DNA of 64,000 nt. It comes from a virus. Below the pieces are notes generated by a model. That model saw nothing but the letters and a program-made list of their open reading frames with translations. It did no database searches and was not told the DNA's origin. This document shows, one piece after another, positions 1 to 10,940 of this stretch (position 1 is its first letter; each line of letters opens with the position of its first letter). The stretch covers positions 12,275 through 76,274 of IMG/VR virus record IMGVR_UViG_3300025117_000005; one strand, 5' to 3'. Made by a program: the position numbers and the translations under genes.

Positions 1-3000
1 TTTGGACCGCGTGTATGAGAAATAGTTGGTGTCATCCTTTTTAAAGAGGACCTTGATGCACGTCCCGTCATAGATCTTGTCCAGATAGTCAATGAAGAAA
101 CTCAGGACCACGGTATCGTTTGCATCAGCGGAAAGGTCGGCCACGATGTTCCTGTTCGTGGAAGCCCATGCCCCGTTGGTTGACGTCACCTTGCGAGACG
201 GAACGATCTTGGATTCAATAAAGGTTTCGTTCAACTCCCCGTTAACCCACCCCTCAGCGACCGCAAAGTCTCCGAGGATCGTGTTGATCTCGGCGGCACA
301 GTGATAGATATTGCCCCCGAGATATTTGCCGACCACAGACGAGTTTTCCGGCTCTACCCAATCCAGGACGAGGTTGTAAAGGTAGTTCCCCTGCGTATCC
401 GTCTTCTGGACTTCCTCGACGGCATTACAGGCCAATATAGGATTAGGAGGTAATTCGGTAGGAGAAGGCAAGGGTACGACGTTGCTGTCGTCCAGCGTCC
501 CGGCGTCCCAATAGACATTCTCATTGTATTCGAGGCAATGCAACTGGCAGGTCTGATTGCTCTTGCGCGTCATCTGCAGGACGGAGTAGAGTTTAAAGAC
601 CTTGTTGATTTCACCCACCGAGTACAGGTCGTATCTCTGAACGAGTTGGCTGAAGGGTGCTGTCACTGTCAAACTTGCGTAGGTGCCCGGTCCCTCTGCT
701 ACCCGGCGCTGCTCCACCACATCCGGATTGTCCCCACCCGAGAAGCGCACGACGATATCATAGGTCTTATCCGCATCGAGCGTGATAGACTCATCCAGGA
801 ACACTTCGTTGAGTGCCGCAGAGTCCCCCCCCGCACGTCCTGATACTTGCCCCGCATTCCGGATAAACTCATGAGCGAACCGGATAACCTGCCCAGGGAG
901 ACACAGGATTGCATCAATACCAGCCTCAAAAGTAATGCCATGGTGCAGGAGTTTAGCGATATTGAGTTCATACTTCGCATTCCTGACCGCCAGGTTCCCA
1001 TTGGTTGTTGCGGCCAGCGTAATATTCTTCAGCCGCACCGGGGTTTCAGCCATATCGACCTGGAATGCGTTGGGCTTGTAATTCTGGTTGGCCGCGAGAT
1101 AGCTGACATGGTAGGCGTTATAACTCAACCGTTCGTCTACCCATTCCGGCTGCAACGACCCCTGAACGATATTGCCCATTGTGAAAAGCTGTGATGGCGT
1201 CCGCGGTCGATCCGGCACAACCAGGAACTTGCCACCCGCCCGGAAGAACATCCCCCTGAATGTGCCCCAAACGTCTTGCAGGATAGGGTACAGTTTCTTT
1301 CTCTGGTCCCACACGAAGTTGCAGGATTGACGCGGTATGCCGGCTGTCGCCCCCGAATAGAGATACGGCAAGGCTGCATCACCGGTATGAAGCATAGAGC
1401 CCCAGGCGTACACCTCATCGCCCGAGGTCGCAAACTTAATCCCGAACGATGGGTTTTCAACGGTTCGCGTATCGGTCACCCGGGTCCATGCGTCGGCGGT
1501 AATCGCCACGACTGTCCAGGTAGATCCGTCAGCCGTCACGGAAATGGCCCCAGTCCCGGTCTTACGTTTCAGGTAAATACTGCCCGTACGTTGCGCTGAT
1601 ACCCCTGTAATCGCTTGCAGGATTGTCGCATTGTTGGCGGTAGCCGTCAGGGTTTCAGCCTTCTCCGGATCGCTTGCGGCAGCGTAGGGAGCCTGAACGG
1701 TATCTTCTGCAACGGTCACGTTAGTTGCGACCCAAGCCGACCTTTGCAATTCTTCTGACCATACGAGCAGGTTGTTTTCGGCACAGTAGGCCGCATAATT
1801 CTTAATGTAGGTGTCATGCACAGGCTCCGCAGGCAACCACGACCCGAATCCCCATGTCGTGTTCTTGCAGAGCTCGCGTCCGAGAAACGCAGGATTGTCC
1901 GTCCAGGCATCAACCCAAGCCGAACCGTTCCATGTCGGCATGATAGAGCCTTCTGCCAGCGCCGTCACCGTAGGGGGATTATCAGAAAGATGCTCTGTAG
2001 CCAGCGCCTTAATGGCAATCATGGCATAACCCGCATAGGTGCGCGGGTTGGTTTCCGTAATCTCCGTGATCTTCTTCACGAAAGTCCGGAAAGCCGCCCT
2101 CTGACCATCGTGTACGATAGTGAGAAGAGAAACCCGCACATCAAAGCGGTTTGGAGAGAGCCCGTCTACCCGTTGAGCCCACCGCAGCGCAGTGGTCTTA
2201 GATGCCTTCACATCAAACTGCCCGTCAACTGTCCACGGGTTTGACCCCTCCAGAGTGTAGACACGATGTTCGATCTTGTACGTAAGTTCATTCGGTAACA
2301 TCCCGTCGTCACCCTGGAAGTACAGACCCCCGGGACATTCCAAGTGAACCTTGAAGCCACTGAGAGCTACCCCCTCGGTGGTCGTATAGGTGTATGGAGT
2401 ACCGCCCTGCTCGGGCGTCTTAATCTCCACGTTGGTTTCGTAGGTGGTTTGCGCCTCATCGAAACCAGGGATGGCTGTCTGATCCAGTGTGCCCAGCCGG
2501 GTGTAATACTCGACTTCGCTCCCGTAGTTGGTAATGGGGTTATCGTCAACCCTGATGTCCGTCAGACTCTGAATAGGTCCATGTCCAACACATCCGAGAA
2601 TCTTCAGGTAAGATTTCGTCTGCGTCAGGTCGATCTTGGTCTTCGCTTTGTTGACATAGTATTCCTCTTCGATCGAGTAATGCACCACTTTGACGCTAAC
2701 CCGATGCCGACCTAAGATAACCGGGATTGAATCTCCAGGCCCATAACTATTTTGAATGCCGTTCCAGCCGTAGGACGTGGCCGATTCTGTCATGGCCTGC
2801 CCTTTGGGTTGAGCAGGGGCCAGAAGGAAGGACATTAATTGCCCAATCACCAGAGAGATGGCGGTCATGATGGCAAAGTTCAGCACCGCCGCAGAGACAC
2901 CATAAACCGTACCGGCGATGGATATACCGATAATGGTTCCGGCCGAAATAGGATCCCCCATGCCTGGTATCAGGGTAATCTCGTCTCCGTCCATCGGCAG

Positions 3001-3237
3001 GATACCATGTAACAGGGTGTCCATGATCTCTTTGTCGCACGCAGACAAGTCACGATGAGGGGTAGCAGGCAAGGCCCGACCGTTCCAGACGACCTTGTTC
3101 CACTCCACATCCCGCAGGTCTTCTTCGATATAGAAGAAGATCGGTTGCCGAGGAACCCACTCGCGCTCGTATTCGTAGTATACCAGCGAGCCCTGTTCAG
3201 CAGTTTTGAATGGATCCGGAACCCGTACCTTAATCAT
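1..3237 (-). CDS. Tail tip / host-specificity protein (lambda I/J-like), runs off the left edge
   Basis: ATG at 3237 overlapping the NlpC gene; MIKVRVPDPF...AISLVIGQLMSFLLAPAQPKG...SYGWNGIQNSYGPGDSIPVILGRHRV...GCVGHGPIQSLTDIRVDD; no ORF-track entry in this frame, consistent with an open frame to the edge; follows TMP-M-L-K synteny. Confidence 0.85.
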   Translation of the reverse strand, partial: MIKVRVPDPFKTAEQGSLVYYEYEREWVPRQPIFFYIEEDLRDVEWNKVVWNGRALPATPHRDLSACDKEIMDTLLHGILPMDGDEITLIPGMGDPISAGTIIGISIAGTVYGVSAAVLNFAIMTAISLVIGQLMSFLLAPAQPKGQAMTESATSYGWNGIQNSYGPGDSIPVILGRHRVSVKVVHYSIEEEYYVNKAKTKIDLTQTKSYLKILGCVGHGPIQSLTDIRVDDNPITNYGSEVEYYTRLGTLDQTAIPGFDEAQTTYETNVEIKTPEQGGTPYTYTTTEGVALSGFKVHLECPGGLYFQGDDGMLPNELTYKIEHRVYTLEGSNPWTVDGQFDVKASKTTALRWAQRVDGLSPNRFDVRVSLLTIVHDGQRAAFRTFVKKITEITETNPRTYAGYAMIAIKALATEHLSDNPPTVTALAEGSIMPTWNGSAWVDAWTDNPAFLGRELCKNTTWGFGSWLPAEPVHDTYIKNYAAYCAENNLLVWSEELQRSAWVATNVTVAEDTVQAPYAAASDPEKAETLTATANNATILQAITGVSAQRTGSIYLKRKTGTGAISVTADGSTWTVVAITADAWTRVTDTRTVENPSFGIKFATSGDEVYAWGSMLHTGDAALPYLYSGATAGIPRQSCNFVWDQRKKLYPILQDVWGTFRGMFFRAGGKFLVVPDRPRTPSQLFTMGNIVQGSLQPEWVDERLSYNAYHVSYLAANQNYKPNAFQVDMAETPVRLKNITLAATTNGNLAVRNAKYELNIAKLLHHGITFEAGIDAILCLPGQVIRFAHEFIRNAGQVSGRAGGDSAALNEVFLDESITLDADKTYDIVVRFSGGDNPDVVEQRRVAEGPGTYASLTVTAPFSQLVQRYDLYSVGEINKVFKLYSVLQMTRKSNQTCQLHCLEYNENVYWDAGTLDDSNVVPLPSPTELPPNPILACNAVEEVQKTDTQGNYLYNLVLDWVEPENSSVVGKYLGGNIYHCAAEINTILGDFAVAEGWVNGELNETFIESKIVPSRKVTSTNGAWASTNRNIVADLSADANDTVVLSFFIDYLDKIYDGTCIKVLFKKDDTNYFSYTRSK

Positions 3238-3589
3238 TCTTCATCCTGGAATGCCTGAGATAGCCAGCAATACGACCCTGATAATCATCATCCGTAACGC
3301 GGGATACCACCATGCCGGCCGTGCCACCGTAATGGATAAACTCACCACCACCAAGGTAGATGCCGATATGGTTAATCACGATCGGGTGATTTCTCATAAG
3401 CACAATATCCCCGAACCGGAGATTATCAGCCTCAACCGGCCGGAAGCGTGAAAGCATCTCTATGTAGTCCCGGTCGATCTCAATCCCAAACTCTTTTTTG
3501 TAGACCTCTTTGACAAAGAGGAAACACCCCGACTTCCCTTGCCCGAACTGGCGACCAAGGTATTTGTCAACAAGTTCCGTAGGTGTCAT
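3230..3589 (-). CDS. NlpC/P60 tail assembly protein (lambda K-like)
   Basis: GCFLFVKEVY, GDIVLM, NHIGIYLGGGEFIH motifs; tail-tip synteny. Confidence 0.85.
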   Translation of the reverse strand: MTPTELVDKYLGRQFGQGKSGCFLFVKEVYKKEFGIEIDRDYIEMLSRFRPVEADNLRFGDIVLMRNHPIVINHIGIYLGGGEFIHYGGTAGMVVSRVTDDDYQGRIAGYLRHSRMKND

Positions 3590-4128
3590 ATGATCCCGAG
3601 CGAAACCCTTGGGTTTCCAGAAGGCATTGCGGGAAACTTATCCCTGTCGTATGACTGGGTAGGCCCCTCTACGTTGTAGGCGTCAGCCGACAAGGCCAAC
3701 GTGAAGACAACAATGTCCTGACCCGCAACGGCTATGATGGTGAAGAACTCAGGGATAAAAATCTGGCTGGCGCTCTCATACAGCACTTCCTCGTACCAGT
3801 CTTCTCCGTTGAGGTTGACCAGATAGACATTCCCTTGTTTGCCCGCCAGTCCGTTATTCTCATAGAGGTATGCTGTAAGCGTTCCCGCCACATTGGAAAT
3901 GCTGACCGTCGCGGTCTGTACTTCTCCCTTTGATGTAAACTTGATATCGGACACCGCCACAGGAAAAGAGATCCACAACTTACCGTCATAGACAACCGGG
4001 CGCACATGGGTTGTCACACGATACCAAACACCGGTTGTCAATTCCACTTCACACAGATAGACCCACGGGTCCTTCTGTTCTAACTTGTTCTTCTGTGTGA
4101 GCAGTTCAGGGGTTGATGCGTAAGGCAT
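3586..4128 (-). CDS. Minor tail protein (gpL/DUF1833-like)
   Basis: Probable start MPYASTP at 4128; YDGKLWISFPV...ATVSISNV; lies between M-like and NlpC genes. Confidence 0.7.
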   Translation of the reverse strand: MPYASTPELLTQKNKLEQKDPWVYLCEVELTTGVWYRVTTHVRPVVYDGKLWISFPVAVSDIKFTSKGEVQTATVSISNVAGTLTAYLYENNGLAGKQGNVYLVNLNGEDWYEEVLYESASQIFIPEFFTIIAVAGQDIVVFTLALSADAYNVEGPTQSYDRDKFPAMPSGNPRVSLGII

Positions 4129-4664
4129 TAGAACGCTTCCTCCACTACAATTTCCACTTCCAAAGCCGTGTAACCACCGTGAATCACGGTCCTGAAGGTA
4201 GGTTTGTAATCCTTTGCAAACCACACCTGGACCGTCTCGTCACCGAGGATGGGGATATCAATGTCGAACTTCTCCACGCTCCCGCTACGATTGCGCCAGA
4301 ACGTCAGGACGTTATCGAAGTTACCATTCAGGAGTAGATATTTGGCCTTCCATGTCCGGGCCTCATATCCGAGTGACCGTCTCTCCTGATAGCCCTTCCC
4401 GAACTGGACTGAGTTCATGGGTCTGTCGAACTCAAATTCCTCGACATCATATGCCTCCGGATACTGCAGGCACTTCCATGTCACGGTCCCATCGGAAACC
4501 ACTTGGCCTACCGTAGTGGGCCAGGTCGGTTCTGTAACCGCATGAGATGTTCCAGGCTGCATGCACTCATAGAACAACCCGTTTGCAGCCGTAGGCACGA
4601 TCCATGTACCGAGATCATATGTCAGGTCGGCAAGCCATGTAGTGTCAGTCGGAAACCGTGCCAT
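4128..4664 (-). CDS. Distal/minor tail protein (gpM-like) with N-terminal carbohydrate-binding-like module
   Basis: NGLFYECMQPGTS...EPTWPTTVGQVVSDGTVTWKC module, then VQFGKGYQERR; immediately after TMP. Confidence 0.7.
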   Translation of the reverse strand: MARFPTDTTWLADLTYDLGTWIVPTAANGLFYECMQPGTSHAVTEPTWPTTVGQVVSDGTVTWKCLQYPEAYDVEEFEFDRPMNSVQFGKGYQERRSLGYEARTWKAKYLLLNGNFDNVLTFWRNRSGSVEKFDIDIPILGDETVQVWFAKDYKPTFRTVIHGGYTALEVEIVVEEAF

Positions 4665-4673
4665 TCAGTTCCT

Positions 4674-7600
4674 CTATCCGTTGGGCCGTATGGCCTTGCG
4701 CGTAGCGCCACCGCGTCTGTAGTCGGTGGCAACTGTCAGGGCAATTTCGTCCGAGGTCGGACGGACCTTTGCAATCAATCCATCATCGAGGTGAATATCT
4801 ACATCCACCTTAGCTGTTCCACCACCTGGCACCTTGCCAGTCTGGTTCATGTAGTCCAGATTCCTCTTGCCGATCGCCCGAGCAGAACTGCTTCGTATCA
4901 CGTACTCCTGATGCTGGAGGATAGCCAACATCTCGTCCCGTCCGAGACCTCCCGAGTGCATTCGATGTGCCCGAATTTCACCACCAGTATGGGCCATGAT
5001 CGGAGGACCTACACCCGGGCTTCCCGGTGTCAATGGAATCTTTGGTATGCCGCCACCAAAGATGCTTCCGAGACCCTTTAACGCCCACCCAAAGATTCCA
5101 GCAAGGCCACCACTGCTACTCCCGCCTGATGTGGTCTTCTCGAACTTGAGCCAGTCCATAATCATGCGTTCGATCAGCTTCATCCAGATACTGCCGATAC
5201 TCCGCATGGCATCCGCGAGGTATTCTTTCCATGTCTTGATCTTGCCGGTTGACAGGAAATCCTTCAGGGGGGCGAGCATGGAGTTTTTGACTGTCTCTCC
5301 AAATTCTTTACCGATCTGCTTGCCGAACTCGAAGCCGGTTTCCATGTTCTTCCAGAAATCGTTCCATCCTTGTGTGACGCCAGGCAGAACACCGGAGAGC
5401 TGCTCCATATCCGTCCTGAGTTCTTTGTTGGCCTTACGAATCCGTTCATTGGCAGCATCCACCTGTTCCCGGAGCTTTGCAATGGCCGCCTGAACTTCGA
5501 CGGATGTTCCCTCCATTTCCAGAAGAGCGATCTTGTTGTTAAGAACTTCAACGGTATTCTGGTTCAACGATATGGTAAGCTCATCCATCTGTTTCTTGAG
5601 CTTCCACCCGAATTCACTTTTCTTATCAACTTCACTTAAGGCGTCGTACTGTTGCTCCTTGATAAGCAACATATCCTTGCTGGCACGGGTCTGTGTCTCC
5701 AGGTCTACCCGGACCTGCTTTTCGATCTCACGAATTCTATCTGCCTCAGCAGACTTCCGTATTTCGCTGATGTCTTGCAGACCCTGATGGTATATGCGGG
5801 CTCTGTCAGCAACGTAACGCTGGTCTTCGGCCAGGATTAATGTGTTAGTCTCCGCAATAATCGCCTTTGCGTCTGCTCCCGCCTGTCCCAGTTGCTTCAA
5901 CATATCACCGGCAATCTTGGCGCGGTTATCTCTCCATTTTGCTTCCGCACCAGTCAACTGCATATCGATGATATTATCCTGAGCGGCCAAACGGTCTTGC
6001 TCTGTCTTGGCAAGGGCAATCTCGGCATTCACCGTTTCGGTTTGAATCTTCAGAAGATCGGATTGAAATCTCCTCTCGTTCGCCAAACGATCTGCACGCC
6101 GTTTCTGGCGCACTTTTTCCTTATCTCGCTCACCGTTGTCTTCTGCCTCTGCAAGTTTATCCGCGAGCGACCTACCGAGTTCAGCTAACAGATCTTCTTT
6201 TTGAGTTTTAGTGAAATCTTTTTCAGCTTCAATCTTCCCTCTCTTCGCCTGGTATTCCTCCAGGATTTCGAGACGCCTGATCTGTGTCATCTCGTCTATC
6301 CGGATCAACTCGTCAAACTCGTCCCTAGCTCGTTGCATCCGGTTTTTCAGGTCTTCTTGCCTAAATTGAGCAAGGTAACCAGCATATTTCTCTGCCCGCT
6401 CCAACCGATCTTTGTTGTACTTGTCTTCGATCTCTTTCCGTTTTGTGTTGTAATACTGCTCAATGAGCGCCCGCTTTTCCAGGGCCTTAACTAAGGCATC
6501 ACCTTCCAAGAGGGACATATCACCCAAGCTATCAATCGCCTCCTGACGCTCCATAAGCAGCGCAGACAGTTCGCTCGCCGCCTTCTTTCTCCAATCCCGA
6601 AGAGACTTCAACTCTTCACTGGTTGCCTTATCCCTGGGTTTCCTCTCAACATCAGTAATGATGTCGTAGAGGTTACGGTATCCAACGGCTACGTCCTGGA
6701 TGGATCGTGTAAGACCGGCATTTGCCAAAGCCTCCCTGATAGCATCTTCGGTATAGCCCTTCATCCCACGGGACATGGCCCGCAAAGCCTCATCGGCCCC
6801 CTCTACGGCCTTCCTCTGTTCCTCAAAGGCTTTCCCCATCCCCGTAGCCTTTAGGAATTGCTCGAAGTTCCCCTTGTTATTCTTCTGCCATTCCCCGTAC
6901 CGAACCTGCATATCCTTCTGGAGTTTATCGAACCGTTTTTGTTCCTCCTCCAGGGACGACGCAAGCGTAGTGAATCGTGTCATTTTCAGGTCATCAAACT
7001 GCTTCTTAGTTTTCGCCAAGACCTCTTCTATAATCCGGCCCAGTTCCTTCTCTTCTACCTGACCCTGACGGATAGCCTCGTTCAAGTCTTTATGGGTGGT
7101 AGCCACCTCTTCGATGGCATCCCTGATCTCTTCCCGTGTGGCCTTCCCATCCTTCAGGAGGGCATTCACCTTCTCGTAGTCCATGATCTTCTTGCCCAGA
7201 TCCTGCAACTCCCGGTCCTGCACCTTCAGGGTTTCCTGTAATTCCTTCTTGGTATCCCCGATGATGGCTTTTAGGGCGGCCCAACCCGTAATCAACACGG
7301 ACAGACCCAACAGGAAGGGGTTGGCGGCGAGGAATGCCCATGCCGCACCCAATGCGTGAAGGGCTATAGTCAGATATTTTGCGACAGTAGTGAGATTCAT
7401 CAGAACAGCGGCGAGGGCGATATATGGAGCCAGGTCTTTAATAGAGTCAACCAGCTTCAACAAGATTTCAAGGAGGAGGTTGAAGGCGGGGAGGGCTTTC
7501 TCTGTAATCGTCATTCCTGTGTCAAGCAGACGATTCGCCAGCACTTTCAGTCTGTTGACCGGACCTTCCATTGACCGATCGAACATGATCATCATGGCAT

Positions 7601-10175
7601 TCGTTCCGGTAATGCGCTCCGTCATTTGCTTGAAAGCTTCAGCACCCATGTTCAACATAGAAGCGAGGGCTCCAGCCTGTCTTTTCTCTAATCCCTCGAA
7701 GATGTTGCCCATGTCGAAACCGGCGTCTTTTAACTTCCGCAGGATGTCGATGAGGTTGTTGCCGGGCATCCGGATATCGGACATCTTAAGTCCGACCGCA
7801 GATATTTCATCCTTAAACTTCTGTGTGGGCGCAATCAGTTGACCCAGTATCCCACGGAGGCCAGTACCGATTGTGGAGGCCCGAAGGCCAGCATTCGAAA
7901 GCACAGCGATCGATGAAGCCGTCTCTTCCAATGTCATTCCGACCTGTGAGGCAATCGCAGCCACGTAGTTAAATGAAGTCGCTAAGTCTCCGATCTCCAA
8001 TTTAGAGTAGTTCAGCGCCGCCGCCAGGACGTTTCCAACCCGGGCAGCTTCCTTGGCAGAGAGGTTCCAGACATTCATAGCAGTCGTCAGAACCTTCACG
8101 GCCTCTTGTGAAGATGCCCCGGTAGCCGTCACAAGCATAGCAACCGTTCTGAGTGCTTCAGCGGATTCACGGGCTGTCAAACCAGCCTGACCGAGGATCT
8201 TTAATGCCTCAGCCGCTTCCATGAACCCCATCTTTGTAGAGGTCGCTACATCTCTCGCGGCCTTCTCCAACACCAACATATCCGCAGCCGATGCTTCCGT
8301 AATGGCACCAACATCAATCATCGCCTGCCTGAACTCGAACATGGTCTTGACGGTCCCTACCAGGGCCTGCTGGATCTTAAAGACAGTCCCAAAGATAAGG
8401 GCTCCACCGACCAACCATGCCATTTGAGACTTCATCATGTCTTTGAAGCCAGAGCCCCACCTCTCCATGGCCCGGAGAGCGTCGCCCGTCCGTCTACTGA
8501 AAGAACCGACCTGGTACTGAACAGCCGTCAATGCTTCTGCAGCCTTCGCCATATCCTGATTCATTTTGGCCGTGGCCTGTCCCGTCATCTGGAACTCTTG
8601 ACGGATGAGTTTCATCTTTTGAGCGAGAAGACCCTGCAACTTCTCCAGTTCGAGCGTTCCGATGCCGAGTTGCTTGATAGACTTCAGGTTAATCTCGACC
8701 CCGCCAGTCAACTTCTGGATTTCTGCGTTCGTCTGAGACAGGCCCTGCCGGACGGCTTTAAGTTGCACGGCCTCACCCTGAGCTGCAAGCTGTTTCAGTC
8801 TTTCCGTGAGTCCGTAGACAGCCTTGTCTAGGTTTACGATGTCATCGACTGGCAAACCCTTGGCTTTGAGGGCTTCGGCCTCCTGGATGGCTTTGGCGGT
8901 GTCTGAGATGTCCTTTCTGAGCTTGTCGAAGGGTTCAGCCATGCCACCGGCAACCCCTTGGGACCCCAAGTGCGCAATCTTGTTCGTCAGGTCAGAGATC
9001 TCCGCATTGATGGCCTTGGCGACCTCACTCAGTCGGTTGAATTCGTCCGGGTTGAGGTAAGCCTTCAGTTGGATGGCCTGTAGTTTCTGTTGGAACTGAG
9101 AAACGGCCGCCCCGGCAATATTGATTTTTCCGATCAGATTATCCCAATCACCCCCACCCGAAGGGCCACCGATGCCGCCGCCCGCCGCGCCGACCGGACT
9201 GGCCTTGATTTTCGCGTAAGCAGCTTCTATTGCCTTAGCACTCTGCACCAATTTTTCATGACCGGAAACAGAGTCAAGGATGATATTTTTGACCGCCTCA
9301 TGATCCTTCACGAGACTCTTCATCACGTCATCGGACGCCTGATTGAGAACGTTGATATCTTTCGTCGTTCTCCATATATCTTCGAGATGCTTCTTTGCCC
9401 CGGCAAGATATTTTTCATCCGTATTGGTGAGTAACCCATGCTCCCCGAGCGTTTTGACAATCTGCTGAAATTCGGCAATCTTCGCCTTGGCCTGCACCTC
9501 TTCAGCGGTAGCCTTTGCAATTAATTCCTGCGTGGCCAGCCGAGCCCGCTCGTACGCCCCCATGTGGCCGATCAGTTCAGACATGCGCTGATACGTAGCC
9601 AGACGCTTTTGCTCGTACTGCTGAATCGCGGAGGAAAACCCGATGTCGTAGTCCTGCCGGGATGCCTTACCCCCCTGCCCCTCGAACTCTTCAAGACCTA
9701 CGGCGAATTGTCTGTCCGGGAAGTACATCTTCTTTGTCCGGGCAGAATATTTCGGAGTTCCCCAGTCTACAACGGGATCTTCGCCGCGTCTCAGGGTGTC
9801 GATGATCTTCGAATATTTGACAAATTCGGCTTCCAGTTTCCTCAGTTCCTTGCTGACCTGGGAACCCATTTCCTGAAATTCCGCTACACTCTTTTTCCGG
9901 ACATCCTTAAATGTCCCCACCATCTTCTCTTCTACGCCGGACGTATCCAGCATCTTTGTGAGGGAAATGGCGGGGGCCGATTCGAGCATCTTATAGAAGG
10001 TGGCAACGGTGATCGATAGTGCCTTCCAACGGTTCTGCAACTGCGCGAGGGAAGGTTTAATCTTCTCGTCAAACTGCTTTACGGCGGCTTCTACGTTTTT
10101 CCCGAAGTCTGCGGAGACTTTCGATACGAACTCAACCCCGAGTCTGTCTATCGTGGTTCCAACCGTGTCAGCCAT
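4674..10175 (-). CDS. Tape measure protein (TP901-type core), 1833 aa
   Basis: Length, Ala/Leu coiled coil, LSNAGLRASTIGTGLRGIL core, hydrophobic segments, C-terminal HTGG...HSGG...AILQHQEYV. Confidence 0.95.
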   Translation of the reverse strand: MADTVGTTIDRLGVEFVSKVSADFGKNVEAAVKQFDEKIKPSLAQLQNRWKALSITVATFYKMLESAPAISLTKMLDTSGVEEKMVGTFKDVRKKSVAEFQEMGSQVSKELRKLEAEFVKYSKIIDTLRRGEDPVVDWGTPKYSARTKKMYFPDRQFAVGLEEFEGQGGKASRQDYDIGFSSAIQQYEQKRLATYQRMSELIGHMGAYERARLATQELIAKATAEEVQAKAKIAEFQQIVKTLGEHGLLTNTDEKYLAGAKKHLEDIWRTTKDINVLNQASDDVMKSLVKDHEAVKNIILDSVSGHEKLVQSAKAIEAAYAKIKASPVGAAGGGIGGPSGGGDWDNLIGKINIAGAAVSQFQQKLQAIQLKAYLNPDEFNRLSEVAKAINAEISDLTNKIAHLGSQGVAGGMAEPFDKLRKDISDTAKAIQEAEALKAKGLPVDDIVNLDKAVYGLTERLKQLAAQGEAVQLKAVRQGLSQTNAEIQKLTGGVEINLKSIKQLGIGTLELEKLQGLLAQKMKLIRQEFQMTGQATAKMNQDMAKAAEALTAVQYQVGSFSRRTGDALRAMERWGSGFKDMMKSQMAWLVGGALIFGTVFKIQQALVGTVKTMFEFRQAMIDVGAITEASAADMLVLEKAARDVATSTKMGFMEAAEALKILGQAGLTARESAEALRTVAMLVTATGASSQEAVKVLTTAMNVWNLSAKEAARVGNVLAAALNYSKLEIGDLATSFNYVAAIASQVGMTLEETASSIAVLSNAGLRASTIGTGLRGILGQLIAPTQKFKDEISAVGLKMSDIRMPGNNLIDILRKLKDAGFDMGNIFEGLEKRQAGALASMLNMGAEAFKQMTERITGTNAMMIMFDRSMEGPVNRLKVLANRLLDTGMTITEKALPAFNLLLEILLKLVDSIKDLAPYIALAAVLMNLTTVAKYLTIALHALGAAWAFLAANPFLLGLSVLITGWAALKAIIGDTKKELQETLKVQDRELQDLGKKIMDYEKVNALLKDGKATREEIRDAIEEVATTHKDLNEAIRQGQVEEKELGRIIEEVLAKTKKQFDDLKMTRFTTLASSLEEEQKRFDKLQKDMQVRYGEWQKNNKGNFEQFLKATGMGKAFEEQRKAVEGADEALRAMSRGMKGYTEDAIREALANAGLTRSIQDVAVGYRNLYDIITDVERKPRDKATSEELKSLRDWRKKAASELSALLMERQEAIDSLGDMSLLEGDALVKALEKRALIEQYYNTKRKEIEDKYNKDRLERAEKYAGYLAQFRQEDLKNRMQRARDEFDELIRIDEMTQIRRLEILEEYQAKRGKIEAEKDFTKTQKEDLLAELGRSLADKLAEAEDNGERDKEKVRQKRRADRLANERRFQSDLLKIQTETVNAEIALAKTEQDRLAAQDNIIDMQLTGAEAKWRDNRAKIAGDMLKQLGQAGADAKAIIAETNTLILAEDQRYVADRARIYHQGLQDISEIRKSAEADRIREIEKQVRVDLETQTRASKDMLLIKEQQYDALSEVDKKSEFGWKLKKQMDELTISLNQNTVEVLNNKIALLEMEGTSVEVQAAIAKLREQVDAANERIRKANKELRTDMEQLSGVLPGVTQGWNDFWKNMETGFEFGKQIGKEFGETVKNSMLAPLKDFLSTGKIKTWKEYLADAMRSIGSIWMKLIERMIMDWLKFEKTTSGGSSSGGLAGIFGWALKGLGSIFGGGIPKIPLTPGSPGVGPPIMAHTGGEIRAHRMHSGGLGRDEMLAILQHQEYVIRSSSARAIGKRNLDYMNQTGKVPGGGTAKVDVDIHLDDGLIAKVRPTSDEIALTVATDYRRGGATRKAIRPNG

Positions 10176-10477
10176 TAGCCTAAGATGCCCCCTGCGATTA
10201 ATAAATACGCCTGGTTGTTGTCCGCGTTCAGTTGTTTCCCTTTCGGCTTATTCGGGTTACGCTCCACCTGCTCCCTCTCGCGTTCCTGGTCTTTATATTT
10301 CAGGAAACTCACATGCGAGATCAGAGTGATTTGGGCCATGCTGTAACCATCCAAAAGGGTTCTCAGTGTGATACCGTACTTCTCACAGACCGAATCAAAG
10401 ACCGCTAACTCTCTGAGTTCTGGAGGGATACTGCTCCGGTTGCCGGCATCATCTTTAGAAGTTGATAAAAAAAACCC
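10175..10477 (-). CDS. -1 frameshift extension of tail assembly chaperone (gpGT-like)
   Basis: Slippery GGGTTTT at about 10477-10471; -1 frame open (FLSTSKDDAGN...AYLLIAGGILG*) to TAA 10177-10175, overlapping the TMP ATG. Confidence 0.85.
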   Translation of the reverse strand, partial: GFFLSTSKDDAGNRSSIPPELRELAVFDSVCEKYGITLRTLLDGYSMAQITLISHVSFLKYKDQEREREQVERNPNKPKGKQLNADNNQAYLLIAGGILG

Positions 10478-10869
10478 GACACCAGGTCTCCAATCTTGTT
10501 TTTGTTCAACTGCTTGACGAAGATAGCCAGGAGATCAGCCGCGCACAGGTTTTCTTCGATATACTCCGTGGTGACGGTGGAATCGTGTTTCTTACAGATG
10601 ATATGGACAAACTCAATCAGCGCATCGGCGCAATCAGCTAATCCTTGACCGCCCATTTTCCCCAGGAAGTCCCACACTGATTCTGGTTTCCATTCAGACA
10701 CTTTCTTGAGGATGGGATCGATCGCAAGCAGGATCTTTTTCTCGTAAGCAATCGGCAGGATCTGGATAGGGATTTCCTTGTCGCCCACCTTGAAGGAATC
10801 TTTGGATAGGGAAGGATCGGTTACTTCATCGATTTGGGCTTTGGTAGGCTTTTCTTGTGGTTCAGACAT
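10405..10869 (-). CDS. Tail assembly chaperone (gpG-like)
   Basis: Between tail tube and TMP; slippery G GGT TTT TTT near the 3' end. Confidence 0.85.
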   Translation of the reverse strand: MSEPQEKPTKAQIDEVTDPSLSKDSFKVGDKEIPIQILPIAYEKKILLAIDPILKKVSEWKPESVWDFLGKMGGQGLADCADALIEFVHIICKKHDSTVTTEYIEENLCAADLLAIFVKQLNKNKIGDLVSGFFYQLLKMMPATGAVSLQNSES

Positions 10870-10906
10870 CGTACCCTCCTTGGTGAGGATGAGGTTGTAA
10901 GGCTCT

Positions 10907-10940
10907 TAAAAACGGGGAGACGGCATCAACCATCTCCCCG
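10907..10940 (-). terminator. Intrinsic terminator after tail tube gene
   Basis: CGGGGAGATGG-loop-CCGTCTCCCCG followed by TTTTT on minus strand. Confidence 0.75.
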
